Notes under the pieces: model-generated
Database searches by the model: none
Told to the model about the DNA's origin: nothing
Seen by the model: the letters and a program-made list of their open reading frames with translations, nothing else
In this document: positions 11,759 through 22,985 of the stretch, piece after piece
Layout of the letters: each line of letters starts with the position of its first letter
Numbering within the stretch: position 1 is the stretch's first letter
Assembly: GCF_006345805.1 (NCBI RefSeq)
Contig: NW_021834038.1
Span: 1 to 27,276, forward strand
DNA length: 27,276 bases
Source of the DNA: Octopus sinensis
Taxonomy: Eukaryota
Reading direction: 5' to 3'
Translations under genes and position numbers: made by a program

Positions 11759-12754
11759 CAGTGCTTCTCAACCATTTTTTTTTTTTGTCTATAGATCCTT
11801 TTGATTCCTATTTTACTTAGAGGATGGAACCCTCATATTGATGTCTAAAAATTCCTGTTATATTTTTATGATTAACTAGAAAAGCACTCGGAGAGCGCAG
11901 ACCTCCGCCAAGCAGCTCATTTCCACCCATGTACACGCATGCTGAGAATCACCCAATTTCCCAAACCAACACCGGCAAAAACACAACATCCTTGTCAGGG
12001 GTAAAAAAAAAATAACACATCCATATGATTTTAAGAGAACAAAACCCTTTAAAAACAGGAATCATCTGAAGCAGTTCACAACCACCAACATCATCAGCAG
12101 CATTGTCATTGCTTCCATTTCAACCACATACACCGCCATCAATGTTATCATGACGGTTACCTTGACAGTCACTTTCACCACCACAACCAGTATAACCACT
12201 GCAATACCACCATCACACAACTAACACTATCATCAACACCACTATTACCACCATCACCTCAGCATCACACATCACACCGATCCTGTCGCCATTATAAACA
12301 CCGATACTATTTTATCCTCCTCCCATACTTATCTCGACCATTGACATCATCAACGCCACCATAGGTTACATGGAAACGACGTGTTTTCAAGGGAGATAAT
12401 GAAAGAACGTAACATTGTAATACTTTATGTAACAAAAGAAAAGTCCTTCAAGAATCCATAAAAATTCCCGGATCACTACCAAACGTTTATCATCTGTTTC
12501 TTGTGTCATTACCAACTTTTCCTGCAAGTTTCATCAAATACCGTTCACAACTTTTTGAGTTATTTTGCACACAAAGGGACAGACGGACAAACCAACGCCA
12601 GTAAAAACCTAACCTCCTTCCTTGGCGGAGGTAAATATTATTAGGAATTGTATTGTATTAAAAAAATGCTTAAATATTTTGTGCACTGTAACCAGTTTAT
12701 TGCGCGTAAATTTTAACAACAAAATCTTATACGGACCCTGGTTGAGAAGCACTG
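11759..12754. mobile_element. hAT/Charlie-type MITE interrupted by a nested element
   Basis: TIRs CAGTGCTTCTCAACCA (from 11759) and TGGTTGAGAAGCACTG (to 12754). Right flank GTCTAGAC matches the Charlie NTCTAGAN target; left flank CCTCAGAC matches only partly. Confidence 0.8.
11876..12633 (-). mobile_element. Helentron-associated non-autonomous element (HINE/DINE-1-like)
   Basis: Subterminal inverted repeats ACCTCCGCCAAG (11901-11912) and CTTGGCGGAGGT (12621-12632); terminal palindrome AACCTCC..GGAGGT; short GACAGACGGACA tract; stem-loop GCACTC-GGA-GAGCGC (11884-11898) near the CTAG end; TT-type insertion site with no TSD. Confidence 0.75.
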
Positions 12755-13710
12755 GTCTAGACTAAAAGAAAGAAAGTGGATGTGAAAGTGAGCCAGACAG
12801 TATGAGAGAGAAGAGGGAGAAAGAGCGCCTGTGGCCTATTTGATGGTGTGCTGGAAAACTAATCGAGTTTTCAGAGTTCTATCGTGTGATTGGTACTGGC
12901 AACGTGTGAAAGTCTCTCCGGTCTATTTGCAAATATTGTTCACGCTTTGTTAACATGTGTCTTCTTTAAATCCTCCACAAAAGGAAAGTTATCCGCTCTT
13001 AGCATGCGCCCTCTCCGAGGGAAGACACCTGTCATTCATCTGTTCGACACACAAGTGTCTTAGATAATATTTTAAATCAGAGACTCCAAGTGACTAACAA
13101 AGTCTCACTCTGTAACAGTTGGCTGCTGAATCTGACAAAGTTAGATATTACTTTTCGAATTAATCCAAAAGTTTACTTTTCGATTTCAAAAATCAAATTT
13201 TAAAGAATTTTAAATGAGAAGCTCACTCCAAGTAGAAAGTGATCAGTCCAACGGAAGAGACAAATATCATGGATTTCAACCAAAAGCCTAGTTTTCTTCT
13301 TCAAGACCAGAAAATAAGACAACTTTGACAACTTTGATCAGCTATCAACTCTGTGCAAATATCAAGTGTAAACCACAAAGAAACACTTTCTATGTTTCTG
13401 GAACGGAGATATTGTTCTACATACAAACAGTGAAAACTACAACCTAAAGAACTTGCTTCTTGTCCTAGAACAAAATATAGTTCAAAATATGAATCTGTAT
13501 GAAGATAAATCAAGACCAACATTGAAGCAGATATAAGACATTACCACTACTAAGCACGTAAATATTCTCGGCAGAAACTTCCCATGCAAAACAAGTCTTT
13601 CTCTTAAGGTCCCCAAAATATACCAGTCTTGATCACTTGCTGGCCCCCTAAAACACTAAAATGCAACTCAGAGAATTGCTCACATCTAGGTCAATATTAC
13701 TGATACATAC

Positions 13711-13856
13711 CTGAGTTCAAATTCCGTCTTGGTCGACTTTGCCTTACATCGTTTTGGGGTCGATAAAATAAGTACCTGTTGAATACTGGGGTGAATGTTA
13801 TCGATTTTCCTCCCTTTCGAAACTGCTGGCCTTGTGCCAAAATTTGAAACCAATAT
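13711..13856 (+). mobile_element. 5'-truncated family B SINE
   Basis: CTGAGTTCAAATTCCG..GGTCGACTTTGCC..GGGGTCGATAAAATAAGTACC..CCAAAATTTGAAACC. Confidence 0.8.
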
Positions 13857-14692
13857 TATTGCTTTTCATTACTACACACTAATATTTCTATTTTTAATTC
13901 GGAGGACATTTGTTTATTTAAATTTTTAATTTTTAAATATAAGAATCATATTCAAAATCTTATTAAAATAATAATTAAATTAGAACTGACCTACTGGTCA
14001 TCTCTCACCTGTCACCAACCCGTAAAATTGGTGTGAGTATTACCTTTCTTCCTCTTACAAAACCATTTCAAAGAAATAGAATAAAAATATGATAAATAAA
14101 ATAAAATTGATATGGACAGATTTGAACTTTCCAACAGGAAGTATCAAAATAACCATAAAAAAGAGAACTCGCGAACCAACAGACCTTGTACATAATTATT
14201 TATTCTAAAACATTTAGCTTATCCTGATTGAATAATGAGCTAACCCACAACGACTCCAAACTTATCCCTCAGACTACAGTTTATTTTATAATTAACCCCT
14301 CAAACAAGAGCAATTTCTTCTACGGTTCCCGGAAGCTGCTTAGCCGTTTGTTTCATGGTTTCACACGCCCCATTTCTTGTCAGTTTCTGCTCTTTCAATT
14401 CGAGGAATGGCCTTTTCATTACCGAACACACGTATGATATTTTAATTTCTTTCTCTTTTCTTTTATTATTATAAAATGATTGAAGACGAACAAATTCTGT
14501 AGAACTCCGGACTAGATTTCGCTTTAAATTTTCTTGTGTTTATTTTCGCTTCCAGGCTGAAATTACACAGAAGTTGTCTAAAGACCTTCGTGGGTTGAGA
14601 AAATAAAATACCTGTCATTGGAATCGTTTTAATTAACCCTAACCCTCCACCGAAATGCTTTACCATCAGTCTTACAGGGTAATTGTTATTAT

Positions 14693-15010
14693 TAGAACGT
14701 TCCGAACAAAACGCTTAGTGTCATTTCTTCCGGCTGTTCACTTTCTGAGTTCAAATATCGCCGAGATCCATTTTGCCTTTCATCCTTTCGGGGTCGATTA
14801 AAAAAAAAGTATTAGCTGAGTCGATGTAATCGACAATTTTAAGACTTAGTAGAACAGATTATTAAAACGTCGGTGCAGTACTTTGAGTTCGAATCCCATC
14901 GAGGTCAACTTTGCCTTTCATTTTTAATTTTCAGAATCAATAAGAATATCAGTTGAATGATTAAGATGGAGGCTATCTTCCCAAACTGCTGACTTTGTTA
15001 CTAAATTAGA
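14693..15010 (+). mobile_element. Two adjacent degraded family B SINEs
   Basis: Two GAGTTC(A/G)AAT..TTTGCCTTTCAT cores, at about 14747 and 14885. Confidence 0.7.
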
Positions 15011-15050
15011 AATATCTACAGTTATTGGGCGGTGGATAGCAGAATGGAAA

Positions 15051-15462
15051 TACTCTTTACTCTTTTACTCTTTTAGTTGTTTCAGTCATTTGACTGTGGC
15101 CATGCTGGAGCACCACCTTTAGTCGAGCAAATCGACCTCAGGACTTATTATTTGTAAGCCTAGTACTTATTCTATCGGTCGCTTTTGCCGAACCGCCAAG
15201 TTACGAGGACGTAAACACACCAGCATCGGTTGTCAAGCGATGTTGGGAGGACAGACACAAACACATACACACACATACATATATATATATACATATATAC
15301 GACGGGCTTCTTTCAGTTTCCATCTACCAAATCCACTCACAAGGCTTTGGTCGGCCCGAGGCTATAGTAGAAGACACTTGCCCAAGGTGCCACGTATTGG
15401 GACTGAACCCTGAACCATGTGGTCGGTAAACAAGCTACTTACCACACAGCCACTCCTACGCC
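15051..15462 (-). mobile_element. Full-length family A SINE
   Basis: Reverse complement is colinear with 23670-24080 from the GGCGTAGGAGTGGCTGTGTGG head to the AAAAGAGT-repeat tail. Confidence 0.9.
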
Positions 15463-16630
15463 TATAGCGAGAGATAAAATAATTCACGGGATTTGGTTAC
15501 GTTCTGAGTTCAAATTCCAGCAGGACTGACTTTGTTTTTCACACTTTGGAGTTAATTCCCAGTAATTAACCATTATTGCATTATTACCAGTAATTAACCA
15601 GTCCATATTTATTTAGCTCCAGGTCAGTCATAATAGAGCAGATCCATGATCAAGGGTATCCCAGCCGTGGCAGTCGCGTATTTTTCCTGTGTAGGGAATC
15701 CTGGGCCAAATTATGCAATAGACGGTAGAATGTAATCGGAGGGAGCACTCGGCTGCTAATTTTAGCAAGTTTATTTACCACATAGTAGCGTCTTCATTAT
15801 CTTTCAGACTTGTAGACACTCGATGACAGAACCAGAAGAGGAACGGATGAATAATTTGGGCCTGCCAGTTATTTTTACCATACTTCCAAACTGTTAAGAG
15901 GGTAGATAAAATTCATACCAGTTATACCCTGGAGTTAATTGACTGGATATATTCCCTGCGCCTCATACACACGACAATGTGGAAATGAAGAATTATGATA
16001 GGAATCGGAGGAATGGCATACAAAATGACTGGTGCTTGTTTCGGCTCTTTCAGAATCTGAGTGCAATTCCCAGGCCGGAGGTATATTTACCTGTCTTCTG
16101 GACCTTTGATAGTAGCATAACTGGAATGTTGGGTCGTTGTGAGTTACATGTTAGGGGAACAATGCAGGGGTACAATATTAGGGACATAATGCAGTCCCTA
16201 GTAACCAGAAATACGGGAAATGTCGGAATGGCTTCAATCTTCGTACTGTTTATTTTCCTGTGCCGTTAATCATTCGACCGTCCAGATACGAACCTCACCA
16301 CCCATGCCTTTACCTATGCCACTACTCACAGCCACACCACAAATCAAATCAGTGGTTTCTCCTGATGGTCATTTAATTTACTGGAAATAGTAGCTCAATC
16401 ATACAAAATTCATCTCTGGTGTCAAGCAAAAACTGACGCATTTCATAACTTGATCAAAATCACAGCCGGAATACCACTGGATGAAAGATCTACGTGGTCC
16501 AAGCTGGAAGGAGACAACGCAACAACTTGGAGATAATTCTAAAATTAAACGAATCCCAATAAAATACCTTACAATACCAGAAATTGTCTAAATTATTGAT
16601 TCTTCGTTTAGTTTTGGTTTTTTGTTTCAG

Positions 16631-16781
16631 AAAGATCTGAAGCTAGTTTCGATGAAGTCAACTGGATTTATACAGACAAAGATTTAACGCCGCTAAAACA
16701 AGATCTAATCCAAATTTCGAATGATTCTCACTTGGGTTGTGTCAATATAAAGTCTCATGGCCAAACCTTCAGAGTACACAG
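16631..16781 (+). CDS. Internal coding exon with the N-terminal part of the BTB/POZ domain (same gene as 17596-19357)
   Basis: Acceptor TTTTTGTTTCAG and donor AG|GTAAGT. Reads RSEASFDEVNWIYTDKDLTPLKQDLIQISNDSHLGCVNIKSHGQTFRVH(R). The phase-2 junction AG|A rebuilds the BTB motif FRVHRAVLVATSLVFRSM. Confidence 0.88.
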
Positions 16782-16821
16782 GTAAGTACACACGCACACA
16801 CTAAATAAACTTTTTTAAAAA

Positions 16822-16932
16822 TCCGTTTACTAAATCTACTCATAAGGCTTTAGTCAGTTCGGGGTTATTGTAGAAGACACCTTGCCCTAGGTGGGGACTG
16901 AACGGGAAGCAAACTTCGTACGACACAGCCAG
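16822..16932 (-). mobile_element. Family A SINE fragment in intron
   Basis: CTCATAAGGCTTTAGTC..GTAGAAGACAC..GGGACTGAAC..CACAGCCA. Confidence 0.7.
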
Positions 16933-16959
16933 CCTAAGTCCAAGAAGTTGTCTACAGGG

Positions 16960-17550
16960 TTGTATACCATTCTTGAAACTGCCAAATCACTTTCAAATCA
17001 CCCCTCCCCACCGCCATACAATCTTTAAAAGAATAGAAATATAGATAAAATCTTTTAAAAAGTATAGAACTATAGAAATGACAATAATTTGCACTTAAGT
17101 TCTCTGGATAAAAGATGGGATGGTTACGACTGGAACGCATTCGGCCAGTCTAATTTAGAGCTAAGTTATTGTTGCTGGTTAACGGAGATTTCATGCAATT
17201 ACTTAATCTGCTAGAAACAGCAACAGCATCTCCAAATTATCGCTTATAAAAGACATTTTGGGTAGTGTACTCCGAGGCAGACTAACCTACCCCGAGCAGT
17301 TCACTACTGGAAACCACTTCTAGTCAGTTTTATTTGATCGGGGCTGATTTAGGGGTAACTTAGGCATAACTTCCTGGGGCAACAAAAGAGATTGTGGTCA
17401 CGACCTGCAAGAAATAAGTTAAATTTCCATCGAATGGCATCCTTCCATTGAAAGAAATGGAAGAATTCGTTAGTATTTCTTTTTTAATAGCATTTTAAAT
17501 ATCCATATAGTGTCTGAAAAGCTGGGATGGTCACGACTGGAAGATGTTTT
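16960..17550 (+). repeat. Degraded copies of another interspersed repeat in the BTB intron
   Basis: TGGGATGGT(T/C)ACGACTGGAA at 17116-17135 and 17523-17542. Weaker related pieces in reverse at about 2452-2645 and 15610-15790. Confidence 0.55.
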
Positions 17551-17595
17551 ATATTCTCACTCTAAATGTTCGTTATTCTTTTTTTTTCTTCTCAG

Positions 17596-19357
17596 AGCTG
17601 TATTGGTGGCAACCAGTCTTGTCTTTAGATCAATGCTGAGTTTGGGTTTTCAGGAAATGCAATCCAACGAAATTGATGTCACTCATTGGTTTGGAGATAT
17701 TGAATCTGCTAAGGGATTTTTTAACTACTTGTACACCGGGACCATTGAGTTAAACGAGTCTAATATAATATTTATGCTTCAAGTTTCTCGTATGATATTT
17801 CTAGAACACTTAGAATGCCATTGTGAGCAATATCTCTTACAAAAACTAACTTTTGACAATGTTTTAAGTACAACGGAAACCGCTTTAAATTACGAACTGA
17901 AAGATTTGAGTAAAATTTGCTTTAAATATTTGAAAAACATTGAAAAGTTGCTTCCATATAGTCACGAACTTCTTTCATTGACTCGAAAACAATTCAAGAA
18001 CTTTCTGAGTTCCGATGCAACGAAGATATTAAAACACGCTGTAGTTGCTCGCATGATCTCGCATTGGAATCAAACCCATTACAGCGAAGTAATACGTACG
18101 TTTCCAGAAGGCAACACTTCAGTTCAGATGTGGAAAAGAGAAAATCTTCCTGTGAAGAGAAAGAAAACTTTCAAGAAAAAACCTACTTCACTGATCTGCT
18201 GCCCGATTAAAACTGGGTCAGTCAGGATACAATGGACAATTTTGATACAGGAATCTTCGGGCAAAACAGCTCTATTTTCTCCTCAAAATAACAGCTGGGG
18301 AATATTTAAACTTCCGGCCATGAAAAGAAGTAAATTGATTGGTTTATTTGAAGATCATATACTTGCTTATGTTGACAAAAACCGTGTCGTCTGTATAAAC
18401 ATAACGAATAATGAACACAAAATCAGTTTTATTAATGATAAACGAAATATCAGAAACAGAACAAGCAAAGTCCTTCCTTCTCGTTTCTTCTGTTTCGTCA
18501 ATTATCTCTATAGCATCAGCCCAATCCAATCGTACGGATTCATTATTGGTTGGGGTATTTATCGATACAGTTTCCGATATAATCACTGGATAGTAATATT
18601 TGATATTTTCATCGGTGATTCCAAAGAGTTTTCTGTTAATATCTTTGATCGAACAGACTATTATGAAGAGCAGAAAATCACATCAATGTCTTACAATGTG
18701 GATCCTCACAACGTTACTTACAGTTTTGTACATAATACTCAGCAGTCGGAGTACAGTACGTTTACAGTGATATCGGCACATAATTCTGTGGAAAACCTGA
18801 TAGAGTTACCGGAGGTTACATTTGTACATGTAAAGGGAAAGTTGATCGGATTCAACCCGCCTCTCGCTGATGTACAACTAAACCATTTGGATGATGGCTT
18901 GAAGTTTAAGATAGCTATGGCTAAACGATTAGCAGGAAAAAGAGACGTAAACAACATGTTGGCGCCAGGAACCGTAGACCTAGGGTTTCCAGTTCAAAAA
19001 ACAAAAGAAATCACCTCAACTAAATATTCGGATTTAGATTCGACAACAGCACCATTTCATTGCGATTTAAGTAGTGGTGATAAAATATTCGTATTTAACT
19101 CCAAAGTCTATATTGCCCTGAACTCTCATCCGTTTCATTTTAATGTGTTTTATTGCGATTTTCATACGAAGGGGATTAATTCTTTGCCGCCTTTACCAAC
19201 GATATTTGACGAAGATTTCATCATATTACCAGCGTATTTAACCAAACCAATTTCTTCTATCATGCAAAGGGCAGAAAGTTACTCGGCACTCGAAGCTTGT
19301 AATCCAAAATGGGCAATCTCCCGTTGGAAAGGTACTTTCAGACAGGTGAATGATTGA
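17596..19357 (+). CDS. Large terminal exon of a BTB-BACK protein with a divergent kelch-like C-terminus (KLHL/KBTBD-like)
   Basis: Acceptor TTTTTTTCTTCTCAG (AG 17594-17595). Uninterrupted frame to TGA at 19357. BTB: MLSLGFQE, YLYTGTIELNESNI, LECHCEQYL. BACK: LTFDNV, LLSLTRKQFKNFLSSD, ISHW. Kelch-like blade ends: FSPQNNSW, YRYSFRYNHW, FNSKVYI..LPPLP. Confidence 0.9.
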
Positions 19358-19634
19358 TTTGTATCTATTCAAACCGGGTGGAATCTTTGCTCGGAAGACT
19401 TTGAGTTTAAGAAACAAAAATATTAGAAAACAATCCATACCTGAATTAAATTTTAATTAACAAGGAATAATTGTAATTATCATCGAGCTCACGTAAAAAT
19501 ATTTTCGACACGTCTTATTCGAAATTTTTGTAATATTTAAAATTGTCCTTTTTTAAGAACAAATCTGAGACGGGTCTGTGTACACGATTAATCTATATTT
19601 AATTTTTATTTTAAAGATTTATTTGTATTTTATA

Positions 19635-19640
19635 AATAAA
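19635..19640 (+). promoter_or_regulatory. Candidate polyadenylation signal for the BTB gene
   Basis: AATAAA about 280 nt after the stop codon; the region is AT-rich, so a chance match is possible. Confidence 0.35.
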
Positions 19641-19897
19641 ATATAAACCATTTATTTTAAATGTCGAAATCTTGATATCATATGGAGAGCTGATATAGCC
19701 AGCCCTTCGGTTATAAATCTCAGAGCAGATGGCAATTATGTTGACATTTAGAAACAACGCATGTTCATTGCAATTATACAAATCAGAAAACAGTTTTATT
19801 TCATTTTCTAAGATTGTTTTCTCTTGAAAATTAATATTCATGCCATTTTGTATAAGCAGCAAAAAAATGTGATAAAAGCTGAATTATTACTAACTAC

Positions 19898-20065
19898 CAA
19901 GGAGGCGAGCTGCCCGAACAAAATGCTTGGCGCCATTTCTTCCGGATTTTTACGTTCTGAGTTCAAATTTCATCGAAACTGATCTAGCTTTGCGGAAGAG
20001 ATAAAATGTATACTAGTAAAGCACTCTAGTCGACGTAATCCACTAACCCCCCCCACTTATATTAG
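19898..20065 (+). mobile_element. Variant family B SINE (left arm of an inverted pair)
   Basis: GGCGAGCTG head, TTACGTTCTGAGTTCAAATT; atypical core GAAACTGATCTAGC..GGAAGAGATAAAAT. Confidence 0.8.
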
Positions 20066-20428
20066 GAGTGGCTGTGTGGTAAGTAGCTTGCTTACAAACC
20101 ACATGGTTCCGGGTTCAGTCCTTCTGCGTAGCACCTTGAGCAAGTGTATTCTATTATAACCTCGAGCCGACCAAAGCCTTGTGAGTGGATTTGGTAGACA
20201 GAAACTGAAAGAAACCTGTCATGTGTGTGTCTGTGTTTGTCCCCCCTCCCCGACATCGCTTGACAATCGATGCTGGTGTGTTTACGTCCCCGTAACTTAG
20301 CGGTTCGGCCAAAGAGACCGATAGAATAAGTACTAGGCTTACAAAGAATAAGCTTTGGGGTCGATTTGCTCGACTAAAGGCGATGCTCCAGCATGGCTGA
20401 AGTCAAAATGACTGAAACAAGTAAGAGT
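20064..20428 (+). mobile_element. Near full-length family A SINE
   Basis: AGGAGTGGCTGTGTGGTAAGTAGC..GGGTTCAGTCC..GACTGAAACAAGTAAGAG. Confidence 0.9.
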
Positions 20429-20584
20429 ATAATTATTGTATGTAGACCATATTTCCTGATATTACCATCCAAGGTGACAAGAGTATACATGTAAAGTATA
20501 CTCGTCATACGGCGGAAACACTTTAATAGTTATAATGGTCTCAAATTTTGGCTGGAAGCCAGCAATACGAGGAGACGAAAGAAA

Positions 20585-20795
20585 GCAGCGAACTGGCAGA
20601 ATCGTTAGCAGGCCGGGGAAAATGCTAAGCGGCATTTCGTGCGTCTTTACGTTCTGAGTTCAAATTACGCCGAAGTCGACTTTGCCTTTGATTCTTTAGG
20701 GGTGGATAAAACAAGTACCAGTTAAACACTGGGGTCGATGAAATCGACTTAATCCTTCCCCCGAACTTGTTGGCCTTCTGCCAAAACTGAAACTA
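20585..20795 (+). mobile_element. Family B SINE
   Basis: TGGCAGAATCGTTAGC..CTGAGTTCAAATT..GTCGACTTTGCCTTT..CTGGGGTCGATG. Confidence 0.85.
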
Positions 20796-20957
20796 ATATA
20801 AGTGGAAGGGGTCAGTCGGTTACATCGACTCGAGTGATTCACTGGTATTTATTTTATCTCTTCCGAAAGGCTAGATCAGTTTCGTTGGAATTTGAACTCA
20901 GAACGTAAAAGTCCGGAAGAAATGGCGCCAAGCATTTTGTTCTGCCATCTCGCCTTG
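20793..20957 (-). mobile_element. Variant family B SINE (right arm of an inverted pair)
   Basis: Reverse complement aligns without gaps to 19916-20065. Confidence 0.8.
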
Positions 20958-21062
20958 TATAGATTTCAAGGCTCACAAGGAATCTACCCTTAAAAAAAAA
21001 AAAAAAAAGGAAAAAAGGCCGCAGTCCTTCCCGCACAATGATTATTAGTGAGTTTTTTTTTA

Positions 21063-21193
21063 AGGCGGCGAGCTGGCAGAAACGTTAGCATGCCGGGCGA
21101 AATGCTTAGCAGTACTTCGTCTGTCGCTACGTTCTGAGTTCAAATTCCGCCGAGGTCGACTTTGCCTTTCATCCTTTCGGAGTCGATAAATTA
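21063..21193 (+). mobile_element. 3'-truncated family B SINE
   Basis: GGCGGCGAGCTGGCAGAAACGTTAGC..GAGGTCGACTTTGCCTTTCATCCTTTCGGAGTCGATAAA. Confidence 0.85.
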
Positions 21194-21829
21194 ATTTTGA
21201 TCTCTAATTTACTATTTTGTTGTGTGGATTTCCCCTCACACCAAATCCGGTTTAGACTAAATAAAAATTTTATAAAAATTTCGGCGGAATTCTGCATTAA
21301 GCACCCCATATAACCCCACAAAACATAACATTTTTGTGAATTTGTGTTCTACACACGGGAATTCATGCGATTTTCAAAACCAAAGCAAAATTTTTTTTAA
21401 TGTTATTTAAGGGCGATTTAGCTGTTACTTTCAGCACATCTGACGACTACCTGTTTACCCTACTAGTTTGTCACTCCGACCTGTTGATGTTTGTCAATAT
21501 CTTTCTCCTCATAAAGAAATTTAATTGTTTATTACTGAGATTTAAGCAAAACATTCGGACTGTACGTAATTTGAACTTGGATTTAAAAATTTAAAAAAAT
21601 TTTCTTAATCGTATGAATTCAGAAACATTTTCTGAAAATTCAAAAAAAAAAAAGTTACGTGGAGTTACATGAGGTGATGAAGGAGAATTCAGTAAAATAT
21701 TCTTTATATATGGGAGGTAACTCCAATTTATGTCAAGGGAAGCAACTCTAGATTTTTCAAAAATATTTGTCAATGTTTGCACAAGAAACTTTTATCTGTA
21801 CTTATAAACACGCCTATGATCAACATTGT

Positions 21830-22985
21830 CTTTTACTTGTTTGTGATTAGACTGTAGCCATGTTGGAGCACTACCTTGAAAGATTTTTAGTTGACTGATT
21901 CCCGAACCGCTAAGGGGATGTAAATACACAACTGGTTATCAAGCGGTGGACAGATATATATATATATATACTAGCAGTCTCGCCCGGCGTTGCTCGGGCT
22001 TGTAAGGGAAATAACTATATAAGCATTTTTAGAGAGTTACTTCCCTTATAGATGCCAATTCGGGCTTTCTTAGCCATTTCTGCTTTGGTGTCTTCAAGCC
22101 ATGAAGTCGTTGTTCTAAAAGAACGCTGGCCTCCTTGACAACGCTTTACGACGTTGATTTCCTTACACTCCCTTCCCCACAGCTTCACGAAGGAGGGAAG
22201 AAGGGGGAGAAGCAAACAGGTGCAGCTGTGACCATGGACGCCAACTCCGCCGCCATCGACACACGAAAAATTATGCATTAAAATGGAATAAAAAATGATA
22301 AATTATTTTTAAAATCGTAGACTCATCGTAGACGCGCGCTAATACTCAGACGGGCTCGATATGAATCACGACTATAAGATACCCTCTTTTGGTTAAACTG
22401 CACCGCAAAATGTGGGAGTAGTTAGGAATCTAAATCGAAGGGGACAGACACTCACACAACTACAGTTTTATATATATATAGATATATTTATCAAAAGAAA
22501 AAAATAGGATGCAAAGGATTTAGCGGTACCTATGTTTCTGGCTTTATTGAGCAATTGATATCAATGCCTAGTTGATATAACATGTAGGTCAACAGCTTTC
22601 TTCAGCCGCGTACAATTACCACACCAAAGACATGTATTACATTATAGCAGGTTTGAGAAGAAGTTTGGGAAAAAACCGAGTTTCATTAGGAAGGTAAATC
22701 CTCATAGTCGTATATGGCATAGCGAGACACCAAAACAAAACGTCTATACTGTTTTTTCAGTCGATTTCACCCTGAATTTTTGTGTGTATATATGTATATA
22801 TATATGTATATACATGCATATGCATGACAGGCTTCCTTGAATTTCCTATCAAATTCACTCACAATGCTTTGGTCTACCCGAGGCTACAGTAAACAGACAT
22901 TTGTCCAAGGTGCCACGCAGTGGAACTGAACCCGGAACCATGTGGTTGGAAAACAGACTTTTTACCATAGTCACACCCTGCGCCT
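21830..22985 (-). mobile_element. Family A SINE in two pieces (3' part about 21830-21955, 5' part about 22790-22985), separated by a Helitron and ~300 bp of other sequence
   Basis: GCCATGTTGGAGCAC..CCGAACCGCTAAG..TCAAGCG on the left; CACTCACAATGCTTTGGTC..CCAAGGTGCCACGCAGTGGAACTGAACCCGGAACCATGTGG..CCTGCGCC on the right. Confidence 0.7.
21971..22482 (-). mobile_element. Non-autonomous canonical Helitron (512 bp)
   Basis: Minus strand starts A|TCTATATATATATAAAA and ends GCCCGAGCAACGCCGGGC-GAGACTG-CTAG|T: 5' TC, 3' GC-rich hairpin, CTAG terminus, A|T target, no TSD. Confidence 0.88.

Noticed and set aside
14556-16145. Candidate upstream BTB exons (ATG..AGG|GTAATT near 14678; acceptor near 15807; T|GTGAGT near 16138)
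   Set aside because: The first is phase 0 and does not fit the phase-1 acceptor at 16631; the last would create TAA at the junction. They could still be UTR exons.
17510-17595. N-terminus of the 615-aa ORF (MSEKLGWSRL..FFFFLL)
   Set aside because: GTG start, repeat-derived sequence and a polypyrimidine tract: intron read-through before the acceptor at 17595.
20476-20510. Small hairpin GAGTATAC..GTATACTC
   Set aside because: Too short and isolated to interpret.
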